A stretch of DNA of 64,000 bases, taken from an uncultured Planctomycetaceae bacterium. Its GTDB lineage: Bacteria; Planctomycetota; Planctomycetia; Pirellulales; PALSA-1355. The notes under the pieces were generated by a model. That model ran no database searches. It was given only the letters and a program-made list of their open reading frames with translations, and was not told where the DNA came from. The DNA lies in assembly GCA_963785305.1 (NCBI GenBank), contig CAWAUV010000007.1, positions 1,152,001-1,216,000 of the forward strand, written 5' to 3'. This document shows positions 46,152 to 55,593 of this stretch, in pieces (within the stretch, counting starts at the first letter, position 1; each line of letters starts with the position of its first letter). Both the position numbers and the translations under genes were made by a program.

Positions 46152-47026
46152 GTGCCACGCGCGGCTCAACAATACATCGGCTCTTACCGACTGCTCAACT
46201 TGATCCGCACCGGCAAGACCTGCCAGGTGTGGGAAGCGATGCGCGACTCCACCAGCCAGCGCGTGGCGCTCAAGGTGCTGGTGGATGATTACCTCAAGGA
46301 CCGCGTCGAAATCGGCTACATGCGCAATGAATACGCGGTCGGCAAGACACTCGACCACCCGCGCGTGATCCATATCTACGATCTCGGCCTCGACAGCACC
46401 ATGTGCTACTTGGCCATGGAAATGTGTCAGGCGCCGAATGTGAAGCAGGTGATTCAGCAGGGCGTCGAGCGGCTGTTTCCCGAAATGCGCCGCATTGTGC
46501 GCGAGGCGATCGAGGGCCTGGCCTATTTTCATTCCAAGGATTGGATTCATCGCGACATCAAGCCCGATAACTTCCTGATGCCCGCCGATGGCTCGATCAA
46601 GCTGATCGACTTCGCGCTCTCGCATCGCGCCAAACATGGCATTTGGAAGCTACTGCCGGGCGGCAAGGCCACCGCCGTGCAAGGCACGCGGAGTTATATG
46701 TCGCCGGAACAGATTCGCAGCCAGGCGCTCGATCCGAGGGCCGACCTGTATAGCTTCGGCTGCATGTTGCACGAGTTGCTTACCGGCAAGGTTCCATTTA
46801 CGGGCGTGAGCACGAACGACCTGCTCAATAAGCATTCGAAAAGCGCCCCCCCTCGGTGCAGGCCGGCAATCGCAACGTGACCGATGCTTGCGCCGCCCTC
46901 GTCAAGCGCATGCTGGCCAAGGACCCCAAGAACCGGCCGGCCTCGATGGACGATGTGCTGATCGAATGGAATCGAATCGAGATTTTCAAGGAAGATCCGT
47001 CGGCCTTGCCGAGCCAGCGCCATTGA
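46152..47026 (+). CDS. Cytoplasmic Hanks-type Ser/Thr protein kinase (indel(s) near 46830-46860)
   Basis: VALKVL, IHRDIKPDNFL, KLIDFAL, GTRSYMSPEQ, ADLYSFG. The C-terminal RMLAKDPKNRP is in another frame ending at 47026. Confidence 0.88.
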
Positions 47027-47147
47027 CGCGGCGACGCCCGGCGTGCTACCAGTGTTATTCAGCGTGCCCGATTGCGGCCGGGCCGCCGTCCCATGACCGC
47101 GTGTTGATTTTCGTTTTTGCATTTTGCCGCGAGAGGCCTGTCCGCTC

Positions 47148-48113
47148 ATGTCCACCGCCAATCCGCATCTGGGCTTCGATCGCCCGATCGATGAACTCGA
47201 GGCCCGCGTTCGCAAGCTCGAATCGGGAGACGATGGCAGCATCGAAAAGCACGAGGCCCTGCGCGCCGCCCGGCGCGAGTTGGCCGAGACCAAGCGGCGC
47301 GTGTATGCGAAGCTCGAGCCGTGGGAAACCGTGCAAGTGGCCCGGCATACCGACCGGCCCAAGACGAGCGATTATCTCGACCTCGTGTTCGACGAATTCG
47401 TCGAGCTGCATGGCGACCGCTTTTTTGGCGACGATCGGGCGATGCGCGCCGGCTTCGCCAAGCTCGACCAGCACAAGGTGATGGTGATCGGCCATCAGAA
47501 AGGCAAAACACTCGAGGAGCGCAAGGCCTGCTACTTCGGCTGCGCGCATCCCGAGGGATATCGCAAGGCGATGGGTAAGATGAAACTGGCCGCCAAATAT
47601 GGCCTGCCCGTGATCTGCTTCATCGACACGCCCGGCGCGTTTCCGGGCATCGGCGCCGAGGAGCGCGGCCAGGCCCAGGTGATTGCCCAAAACATGTTCG
47701 AGATGTCGCGACTGCCGACGCCGATCATTTGCGTGGTGATCGGCGAGGGCGGCTCCGGCGGGGCGCTGGGCATTGGCGTGGGCGATCGCGTGGCGATGCT
47801 CGAGCATGCCTACTATTCGGTGATTAGTCCCGAGGGCTGCGCCGGCATCTTGTGGAAGAGCCATAGCTATGCCGAGCAGGCCGCCAAGGCGCTCCGCATG
47901 CGAAGCGGCGATCTCATGGAGTTTGGAGTGCTCGACGATGTGATCGAAGAGCCGCTCGGCGGCGCGCATCGCGACCACCAACAGATGGCCAGCCGGCTCA
48001 AACTCTATCTCGTCAAATGCCTGCGCGAACTGGTCGGAACTCCGATCGACCAGTTGCTCGCGGCCCGCTACGACAAATTTCGCCGCATGGGCGCGTATTT
48101 GGAAAGCGCTTGA
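47148..48113 (+). CDS. accA: Acetyl-CoA carboxylase carboxyltransferase alpha subunit
   Basis: VQVARH..RP, FVELHGDR.FGDD, PEGYRKA, FIDTPGAFPG..AEERGQ, GEGGSGGAL, YSVISPEGCA.ILWK. Confidence 0.97.
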   Translation: MSTANPHLGFDRPIDELEARVRKLESGDDGSIEKHEALRAARRELAETKRRVYAKLEPWETVQVARHTDRPKTSDYLDLVFDEFVELHGDRFFGDDRAMRAGFAKLDQHKVMVIGHQKGKTLEERKACYFGCAHPEGYRKAMGKMKLAAKYGLPVICFIDTPGAFPGIGAEERGQAQVIAQNMFEMSRLPTPIICVVIGEGGSGGALGIGVGDRVAMLEHAYYSVISPEGCAGILWKSHSYAEQAAKALRMRSGDLMEFGVLDDVIEEPLGGAHRDHQQMASRLKLYLVKCLRELVGTPIDQLLAARYDKFRRMGAYLESA

Positions 48114-48224
48114 GCCGCGGCGCCGGCCGGATTATGGTTTTGAAAGGTCGCGGCCGCTGGTAGCGCTGGAAGCGCGCCCCGCCGCGCCGAACCATCCCTC
48201 CTCCAAATCCCGCCGGGTATTCCC

Positions 48225-49270
48225 ATGACGATGTTCCGCCTTGGGCGCCGGCGCCCTTTGCGTTGCGCTGCTTGTCGCGATCGGTTGTTGGTTCGGTCGT
48301 TCGATTACCGCTCGAAGCATGTTCGCCGCGGAGCCCGGCGCCGAGCCGCGCCGGCCGCGGAAGCAAAAAGCAAGAACTTCGCGCGCGTGGTGCTGGGAGC
48401 GCCCTCGTTCGAACAGGGTCGCATGGTTCGCGAGCTGTTCGCCCATGCCGACGACTGGAAAGAGACCCGCTCGCGCGTGGACACGCTGCTGATCGCCGAT
48501 CTTCAATTGAAGAACTACACCGACGACGAGCTCCGCGAATACTTCGCCAAACTCCGCGAGTGGAACATTCAACTCGAGCTCGAGGTGGGCGCCGTGAAGC
48601 CATGGGGCAAGACCGGCGAGCGCACCTTCACCCTGGAGTGCCCGCATTGGGATCGCGTCGGCCGGCTCGGCGGCGTGATTGCGAGCGTGTGCATGGATGA
48701 GCCGTTTGTCGCCGCGCGAAAGCAAATGAACCAGACCGACGCCTTCGCGCTCGATGAGACCGTCGCCTTCATCGAAATCGCCCGTCGCAATTTTCCCGAT
48801 CTGCTCATCGGCGATATCGAACCCTATCCCGCGATCCCGCTGGCCGACCATTTCGAATGGATCGAAAAGCTGAATAAACGGCTCGCCGAACGCCATGTGC
48901 GCGGGCTCGATTTCTACCGGCTCGACGTGGATTGGGCCAACTACACGGTGCGCACTCTCGGCTCCTGGCAAGAAGTGAAAAAACTCGAACACTTTTGCCG
49001 CCAGCGGAGATTGCCGTTTGGCCTGATCTATTGGGCGGCGGGCTACCCGGCGCTTGCCAAGCGCGGGCTGGCCGACGATTCGACCTGGTACGTGTCGCTC
49101 ATGCAGCAAGGCTATGACTATGCGCTGATCGATGGCCGGCCGGACCAGACCGTGATCCAAAGCTGGATCGGAGCGCCTTTGCGCATGACGCCGGAGACCG
49201 ACGAGTTCACGTTCACCCGCTCGTGCGCGACTTCTTGCGCAAATTCGTGAAGCCCGCGGCGGCCGAATGA
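48225..49270 (+). CDS. Hypothetical protein, probably secreted (possible TIM-barrel/glycoside-hydrolase-like); indels near both ends
   Basis: A signal-peptide-like segment is in frame 48241. The core has ELEVGAVKPWG, CMDEP, IGDIEPYP, FYRLDVDW and VIQSW. Confidence 0.55.
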
Positions 49271-49363
49271 GGCTCTTGTTTCCGTTGACGCGGCGGAGCC
49301 AATCGCGGCCTGACGGAGCATGGCAGGGGAGGGGCGCTCGAAAGGGCGGCGGACTGCTACGCC
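49257..49363 (+). repeat. ~105-bp direct repeat, copy 1 (copy 2 at 51393-51498)
   Basis: CGGCGGCCGAA.GAGGCTCT.GTTT.CGTTGACGCG.CGGAGCCAATCGCGGCCTGACGGAGCA.GGCAGGGGAG.GCGCTCGAA...CTACGCC is shared by both copies. Confidence 0.85.
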
Positions 49364-50151
49364 CTGGCCTCGATCAGTTGCTCGACTCTCGCATGCGCCG
49401 CCATTTGTCGCTTGTCGATCGTCCAGATGATCACGCAGAGATTCACGAAACAGATGACGCCGGCCAAATCGATGACGACTTGCATGCCCGACACTTCATG
49501 GAGATGCGCCAGCTTTTGGGGCGAAGGCTGCTCCGTCATCGCGATGGTGGAAAGCGTTTGGCAAATGATGTTCGAGGATATCCACAGGATCGTGGCGACC
49601 CATCCGACGAGAATCAGCTTATTGGTCCGCCCTTTTCTCCATCGCCAAGGTTGCTCACCGACATAATCCGGGTCGCTTGCCAGCCAGATCTCGCGCATCA
49701 CTTGGTAAGGCCGCACGATATTTAAGAACGGCACGAAATACCATCCCACCGCCCAGCCTGGCGTGTAGTCGAGCCGCTCCGCGCCAAATGAACGAAGGTT
49801 CTTACAAACGCGATAAATCCAAGAAAGCAGCGTAAACATCATCGCATAATAAGCGACCATTCGAATTCGCTGAATGCCTTCAACCCATTGATCATGTCGC
49901 TCGGCTTCTCCCGCGACCAAACTCGCCCCTTGCATGATCCGACCAACTAACCGCACTTGCGAGTAATACGCGAAGGCCGAAGTCGCCAGCGCGACCATGA
50001 ACAAGGCCGCGAGACCGATCGCGAGCGCGCTGCGCCGGCGGGGGGAAATAAACGGCGGCCAAATGATCGGGTTGCCCGCGTGCTCCGAAAAGTCGACTTC
50101 CGGCAGCGACGGTTTCGCGCTCCGCGGCGCTTCATAGGGATTGATATCCAA
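49357..50151 (-). CDS. DUF4328-domain membrane protein (paralog 1)
   Basis: GAAGGAG RBS and TTG start (MDINPYEAPRS). WIYRVCKNL...YTPGWAVGWYFVPFLNIVRPYQVMREIW. Confidence 0.8.
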   Translation of the reverse strand: MDINPYEAPRSAKPSLPEVDFSEHAGNPIIWPPFISPRRRSALAIGLAALFMVALATSAFAYYSQVRLVGRIMQGASLVAGEAERHDQWVEGIQRIRMVAYYAMMFTLLSWIYRVCKNLRSFGAERLDYTPGWAVGWYFVPFLNIVRPYQVMREIWLASDPDYVGEQPWRWRKGRTNKLILVGWVATILWISSNIICQTLSTIAMTEQPSPQKLAHLHEVSGMQVVIDLAGVICFVNLCVIIWTIDKRQMAAHARVEQLIEARA

Positions 50152-50213
50152 GGTTGGAACTCCTTCATGAATCGGCATGCTCGATGACTGAATCGCGGCG
50201 CCCGACGCCGCGA

Positions 50214-50984
50214 TCATGACATGTCTTCCGCGACCAAGGCGAGCGCTCGATCGCGAGCCTCGAATTGCCGTTCGTCGATCAACAACACGATCAAACAAAG
50301 CATCGCGCACGACGGAAGCCCGATGAGATCAACGGCCATTTGCCACTGCGATATCGTGCGGAGCTGCTCCACCCCGTGCTGCCAAAAAACGTGCCGGCCG
50401 GGAAATGGCGGGATCAGCCACGAAGCTAGCACCCACACAAGTTCGAAGACCCACCAAACGAGAAACATTTCATGCGTCGGCGCTTTGCGCCACCGCGCCG
50501 AGCGCGGGCCGATATAATCCACGTCGCTGGCCTTCCAAATGTCGCATATCACCCTGTAAGGCCAATACAGATTTACAATCGGCATAAGGCACAGCGCGGC
50601 GACCACCACGGACGGCAGCCGGAGCTGCTCTACGCCGAATGAATGGAGATTCCCATGCGCGCGAAAGAGCCAGAACACGAACACGCCGAGTGTTGTGCAA
50701 AAGACGGCGATCCGAACCAATCGCAGTTGCCGCATGCGCTGATCGTTCTCCAGAATTTGTGCCTCGGTCACTTTAGCCCGATTCAACACTCGCTTCGCCA
50801 ACCGCGACTGCGACCAACACGCCCAAGCCGAATTGAGCAACACGATCATGAATACGCCGATGAGCGCTATCGTGGCCCCGCCGGGGATGCGCGGTGAATG
50901 AAACCGCCGCCACGAACTCGGCGCGATCCCACGGTCGGCGGTTTCCATTTCCGCCTCGGGCCCCGCATAAGGATTGAGATTCAT
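50214..50984 (-). CDS. DUF4328-domain membrane protein (paralog 2)
   Basis: MNLNPYAGP...WLFRAHGNL...MPIVNLYWPYRVICDIWKASD. Confidence 0.75.
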   Translation of the reverse strand: MNLNPYAGPEAEMETADRGIAPSSWRRFHSPRIPGGATIALIGVFMIVLLNSAWACWSQSRLAKRVLNRAKVTEAQILENDQRMRQLRLVRIAVFCTTLGVFVFWLFRAHGNLHSFGVEQLRLPSVVVAALCLMPIVNLYWPYRVICDIWKASDVDYIGPRSARWRKAPTHEMFLVWWVFELVWVLASWLIPPFPGRHVFWQHGVEQLRTISQWQMAVDLIGLPSCAMLCLIVLLIDERQFEARDRALALVAEDMS

Positions 50985-51091
50985 GATTCGAGGGACCGCT
51001 TGGATTGGAACTCGACGCGCCCGAGAAGCGCGGTGGAATAGGCGATCGAGCGGCGGCGCGAATGGCGGGCATTAAAAAAAGCGCCGAGCCG

Positions 51092-51244
51092 CTAGTGCTT
51101 CGTCACGGCTGAAATGAGAGGTAACCCCGTGTGAAGCTATGAGAGGAGGCCGCGCCACGCGGAGTCCTCATGCCCACGCAGGGCCGTGGGCATGGCGCCA
51201 CGGAACCAGTCCAACCCGTCATTTCAATTGTGACAATGCACTAG
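51092..51244 (-). mobile_element. MITE, copy B (inverted relative to copy A)
   Basis: CTAG-TGCTTCGTCACGGCTGAAATGA...TCATTTCAATTGTGACAATGCA-CTAG is the reverse complement of 37431-37583 with a few substitutions. Confidence 0.85.
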
Positions 51245-51392
51245 GAGTGTAACGATCGCGAAATCTGATTGCAATCGATCGCCGGTTGAGCGCGGCCGGG
51301 GCACGGCCCGGTTTGATCGCCTTTATGCAATCCGCGCGAATTCTTCCATCGCGGCTCCGAAAACGGCGGACCTTTTCGGGTCGAAAATCCGA

Positions 51393-51498
51393 CGGCGGCC
51401 GAACGAGGCTCTGGTTTTCGTTGACGCGCCGGAGCCAATCGCGGCCTGACGGAGCAGGGCAGGGGAGAGCGCTCGAAGCGACGGCGAGGGGCTACGCC
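51393..51498 (+). repeat. ~105-bp direct repeat, copy 2
   Basis: Matches 49257-49363 and lies immediately downstream of DUF4328 paralog 3. Confidence 0.85.
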
Positions 51499-52306
51499 GC
51501 GGCATCGATCAGTCGCTCGACTTTCGCATGCGCCGCGCGTTGTCGGTTGTCGATCCTCCAGATAACCACGCAGAGCATGATGCAGGAAGCGATTCCGGCC
51601 AGATCGAGGCCCGTTTGCAGCAACGATGACTCGGAGGCGTGTTCGACATTTCCTCGCTCTAAAACCCACGCCGCGTGAAACTTGCCTCCCAACAACCATG
51701 CGCACTGGTAAATGCCCACGGCGACGGCGCTACAAATCCATACTAAAGTGGCTAGCCACCAGATGAGAATGAATTTGCCGGTCGGTCCCTTGCGCCACTG
51801 GTCATGCCGATCGCCGACGAAATCCGGATTGCTGGCCAACCAAATTTCGCGCATCACCTGATAAGGTCGCACGAGGTTCAAAACCGGCACGAACCACCAG
51901 CCAACCGCCCAGCCCGGAGTATAGTCGAGCTTCTCGACGCCGAACGCGCGCAAGTTCTTGTCGGCGCGGTACAGCCACACCATTAGTACGATCAAACAAG
52001 CGTCGGAGACCAGCGATTGAATCTTCGCGATGAAGAGCAAGCGGCGAGCGCTGTCTTGCAGTTCCGTGACGTTGAAGCGGCTCCCCCGCGACATCCCGTC
52101 CAACAGATGGGCTTCCACAAAAAAGGCCCACGCCGAAGCCGCCAATATGGCTACGTACGGCGCCAGCAGGCCGATTGCGATCGTGCCGAGCGGTGCGAGA
52201 AAACAAACGTCGTCCAAGCGCTCGAGTCGATCCGCTGCTCGGAAATGTCGGGTTCCCGAGGCGGCCGCTTCGCGCTCCGAGGCGCATCATCGGGATTGGT
52301 ATCCAT
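51492..52306 (-). CDS. DUF4328-domain membrane protein (paralog 3; frameshift near the N-terminus)
   Basis: MDTNPDDAPRSAK (start 52306) joins ORF 51492-52217: WLYRADKNL...YTPGWAVGWWFVPVLNLVRPYQVMREIW. Confidence 0.8.
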
Positions 52307-52910
52307 GATTCGTTCTCTTTCATTGACCTTCACGATTGCGGCGCCAGGCACGGCGGCGCGACACGTTCCGCGCAACCGCCAGGATTATAAGAACCACGAA
52401 AGTCGATAGCCAACGACGGCCGATTGCGGGCAGCGCCGGTTCGGCGGGCGCGGCCGGTCGGCGAGCATATTCCGCGTTGCGATCGATCGACCGAGTGTGC
52501 GCCCCCTGCCGAACGGAAATTGGAACCCGGCCGCCCCGGCCGCCGATCCCCGACGCGAACGATCGCCGGTGCGCGTCCTCCGCGGCGCGCCGAAAACCGA
52601 ACTCGCGAAAACCGGACTCGCGAAAACGGGAGTAGCGACGGTGCGCCGACCGGCGCATCGACGGCGACATCGGGCGCGGCGCGGAGGTTTTGCCGCCGAG
52701 GTTTTTGCGCCGCCAAGCTGCGCGGCGGCTTCGGTTCCGTCGGCCATCGATTCAAAGCGGCCGAATCACTTGGTCGACGTTCCCAGGGAGCTTAGGAGAC
52801 CATGAAGCTTAAGCGTCCATGAACAGCAGACTGGGACAAGGTCCTGGGTGTTCGGGCCGCCTGGGTGTTCGGGCCTGGGCATTCGCGGGGCATTCCGAAC
52901 CACGCCCTCA

Positions 52911-52938
52911 ACGTCCGATAATGTTTCTTATGTTCGGT
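52911..52938 (+). other. dif-like XerC/XerD recombination site (probable chromosome dimer-resolution site)
   Basis: ACGTCCGATAA-TGTTTC-TTATGTTCGGT has the 11-6-11 layout of E. coli dif (GGTGCGCATAA-TGTATA-TTATGTTAAAT). It lies in a gene-free gap, and KOPS polarity flips around it. Confidence 0.8.
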
Positions 52939-53124
52939 TCGAGGCCCGTTTTTCCCGGAATATTCGCTGATTCTTCCCACGCCCGTTTTCCAGCCGCCGA
53001 CCGACCGAATCACGTTGCTCGCCACCGGCCCAATCCGTCCTGGCCCTATCCGTCCACATGATCCGCCGCTCCAACGTGTGTGTGCTTCGCCGTCGAGCGA
53101 TTCACCGGCGGCGCCCAGTTCGGC

Positions 53125-53694
53125 TCAGCGCGGAGGCGCCAGCGGGGGAAGCTCGGCCCGGGGAGCGGCCGGAGCGCCGCCCGCCGGCTTCAGTTCTTGC
53201 TCCAGGCGATGCATGTACGGGTCGAGCACTTCATGGAGTTCGCGCGGCATGAGTCCGTCGGCGCGGTCGAGCAGCGCCGCGATCACATAACCGCTCCGCG
53301 ATTCGAGCACCGCCGCGCGGGTCGGGTCCGAGAGCGTGACGGCGAAAAATGTGAGCACCACGCAAAGCACCACCGCCGTGGCGCAGCCAAACAGCGCGCC
53401 AAGCTGACGGTCGAAATCGCGCAGCTTCAGCCGATCCATAAAACCGGAAACCAAGTGAAACACGAACCAGATCGCCGCGCCGGCGCCCACATACAGAATC
53501 GCCATGGCGACAAACCGATTCCAAGGCGGCTGACCGCCGATCCTCGCCGCGAGGTCGGGACTGAAATGCAACGCCACGAAGTAACTGGCCACGAGCGACC
53601 CCAAGGCCGCCAGTTGCCAAGCCAGACCTTTGACGGCGCCGAAGATCGTGGCGCCCGCGAGCACCACCAGCATTGCAATGTCGTAGTTCTGCAT
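53125..53694 (-). CDS. CvpA (colicin V production) family membrane protein
   Basis: YDIAMLVVL..ATIFGAVKGLAWQL..., DRQLGALFG, four TM helices. Confidence 0.85.
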   Translation of the reverse strand: MQNYDIAMLVVLAGATIFGAVKGLAWQLAALGSLVASYFVALHFSPDLAARIGGQPPWNRFVAMAILYVGAGAAIWFVFHLVSGFMDRLKLRDFDRQLGALFGCATAVVLCVVLTFFAVTLSDPTRAAVLESRSGYVIAALLDRADGLMPRELHEVLDPYMHRLEQELKPAGGAPAAPRAELPPLAPPR

Positions 53695-53764
53695 GACTCG
53701 CTTCCGGTCTCGCGGGATTCCTAGCAGTTTGTCTAAAAACGCCTCCGTGGCATTTTTAAACCTC

Positions 53765-53790
53765 GCCTGTTGAATATTTCAACCGGCTGC
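53765..53790. repeat. Mini-palindrome (GCCTGTTGA...TCAAC family), copy 3, part of a ~70-bp element starting with CTAGCAG at 53721
   Basis: GCCTGTTGAATATTTCAACCGGCTGC. Confidence 0.6.
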
Positions 53791-54036
53791 TGGCTTGCGG
53801 GCGCGGGGCCTCACGACCACCGGCGACGCGGCGGCGAGTATAGCAAGCTCGCGCGGCGCACGAAGTCCATTCCCGCCCACCGGGCCCGTGGGCCCGTGCT
53901 GGCATCGCCAGCGGGAGCGAGTCGATCTTGTCGCTGGGCGAACAATGTTGTACAAGGCGCCGGTCAAATTTTGCGTGTTTTGCTTTTCGGCGCCGTTTCT
54001 TATCTTCCGCGGCGTGATTTCGGTCAAGGGCCCCCG

Positions 54037-54993
54037 ATGCCGGGCTTTCATATTCACATTTCGGCGAGCACGATGCTCGGCATTGGCTACGGCGCCGCGG
54101 CCTTCACGCTTTACGATGTGCCGCTGCCCACCGCGGCGCTGGCCACCACCTTGTGCAGCGTCGCCGGCATGCTCCCCGACCTGGATAGTGGGCCGGGCCG
54201 GCCGATGCACGAAAGCATCGCGGCGGCGGCGGCGGCGATTCCGATGATGCTCGTCGATCGGATGCGCAGCTGGGGCTGGACCCATGAGTCGATGATCTTG
54301 GCCGGCGCGGGCATCTATCTCTTCGTGCGGTTCGGCATCGGGCACATGCTCAAACACTGGACCGTGCATCGCGGCATCTTCCATAGTTTTCCCGTGGCGC
54401 TGATCTTCACGGAGCTCGCATTCCTGATCTGCAGCAGCGGCGACTTGCACTCGCGCTATTTCAAGAGCGCCGCGATCTCGATCGGCTTCTTGTCGCATTT
54501 GATTCTCGACGAGATTTGGAGCATCGACTTCCGCCATGCCCGGCTTAAAAGCTCATTTGGCACGGCGCTCAAGTTCTGGTGTCCGTGCTGGTGGTCGAAT
54601 TCGGTCGCCTACGCGCTCACGGTCGGCGCGACCTTGCTCACGCTCAACGACCCGATTTGGGTCAACTCCGGCAAGGAGGGCGAGAGGATGCACATGGTCG
54701 CCACGACATTGATGGATCACCTGGGCGGCGTCGAGGGCGTGGCTCAAACACTCAACAGCGACTTCTCGGCCGACATGACCAATAGCGGCGCCCTGGGGCA
54801 AGACGCCACGGTCGACGGCATCGCGCGATTCGTCGAGCGGAAGATTTTTCATTACACGCCGCCCACAAACGCGCCCGGCGCCGCGCCGGCGGCAAACAAC
54901 GCGAACGTGAACAACGCCAGTGGCGCCAGCAACGCTTGGCCCCAGCAGCCCGCCGGCGGCGCGTATCCCCAACCGAGCGGCGGAATGCGGTAG
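54037..54993 (+). CDS. Membrane metal-dependent hydrolase (YdjM-like)
   Basis: MPGFHIH, GMLPDLDS, HRGIFHS, GFLSHLILDEI. Confidence 0.85.
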   Translation: MPGFHIHISASTMLGIGYGAAAFTLYDVPLPTAALATTLCSVAGMLPDLDSGPGRPMHESIAAAAAAIPMMLVDRMRSWGWTHESMILAGAGIYLFVRFGIGHMLKHWTVHRGIFHSFPVALIFTELAFLICSSGDLHSRYFKSAAISIGFLSHLILDEIWSIDFRHARLKSSFGTALKFWCPCWWSNSVAYALTVGATLLTLNDPIWVNSGKEGERMHMVATTLMDHLGGVEGVAQTLNSDFSADMTNSGALGQDATVDGIARFVERKIFHYTPPTNAPGAAPAANNANVNNASGASNAWPQQPAGGAYPQPSGGMR

Positions 54994-55001
54994 CGCGTTT
55001 C

Positions 55002-55452
55002 TCACGTCCGCCAATCGGCCGTGTCAAGCAGCAGGGTAACTGGCCCATCGTTCACCAGGGCCACGCACATGTGTTGTCGGAACCGTCCGGTCGCGACCGG
55101 CGCTCCAGCGGCGCGCAATCGCGCGACGAACTGTTCGTAAAGCCGCTCGGCAAGCTCGGGAATCGCGGCCGCGGCATAGCTGGGGCGCCGGCCCTTGCGC
55201 ATCGCCCAGCAGGGTGAACTGACTCACGACCAGCACGGCGCCCGCGACATCGGCCAGGGCCAAGTTCATCTTGCCTTCGGCATCGTCGAAAATCCGCAGC
55301 CCGGCGATCTTGTCTGCCAACCGCTCGGCCGCGGCGGTGTCGTCGTCGGCGGCCACCCCGAGCAGGATCAGCAGTCCGCGGCCGATTTCAGCGCACCGCT
55401 CCCCGCCCACCGCGACGCTGGCCTCGCTCACCCGTTGAACGCACGCAATCAT
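55002..55452 (-). CDS. dtd: D-aminoacyl-tRNA deacylase (frameshift near 55200)
   Basis: [54 protein letters not shown]. Confidence 0.93.
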
Positions 55453-55593
55453 CGAAAGTCTCGGCGCGATCGAAAAAAGGCGCGGGACGCCACCCGGGGG
55501 TATTTGGCCGCAAATGCCGGGCGGGATTGTCACCGCCCGCGCCCCACGCGATACTTGCGACTTCCCATTTTAGCGGCCCGCGCGGTTCGACGC

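Noticed and set aside
44898..46637. Long antisense ORFs (also 13507-14772, 38214-39446, 42958-44037, 60192-61445)
   Set aside because: They are reverse-frame shadows of well-supported genes and carry no recognisable motifs.
52795..53061. AGGAG RBS with a MKLKRP mini-ORF overlapping an 80-aa ORF
   Set aside because: The 80-aa ORF runs through tandem repeats and the dif-like site and has no recognisable features. It cannot be supported without expression data.
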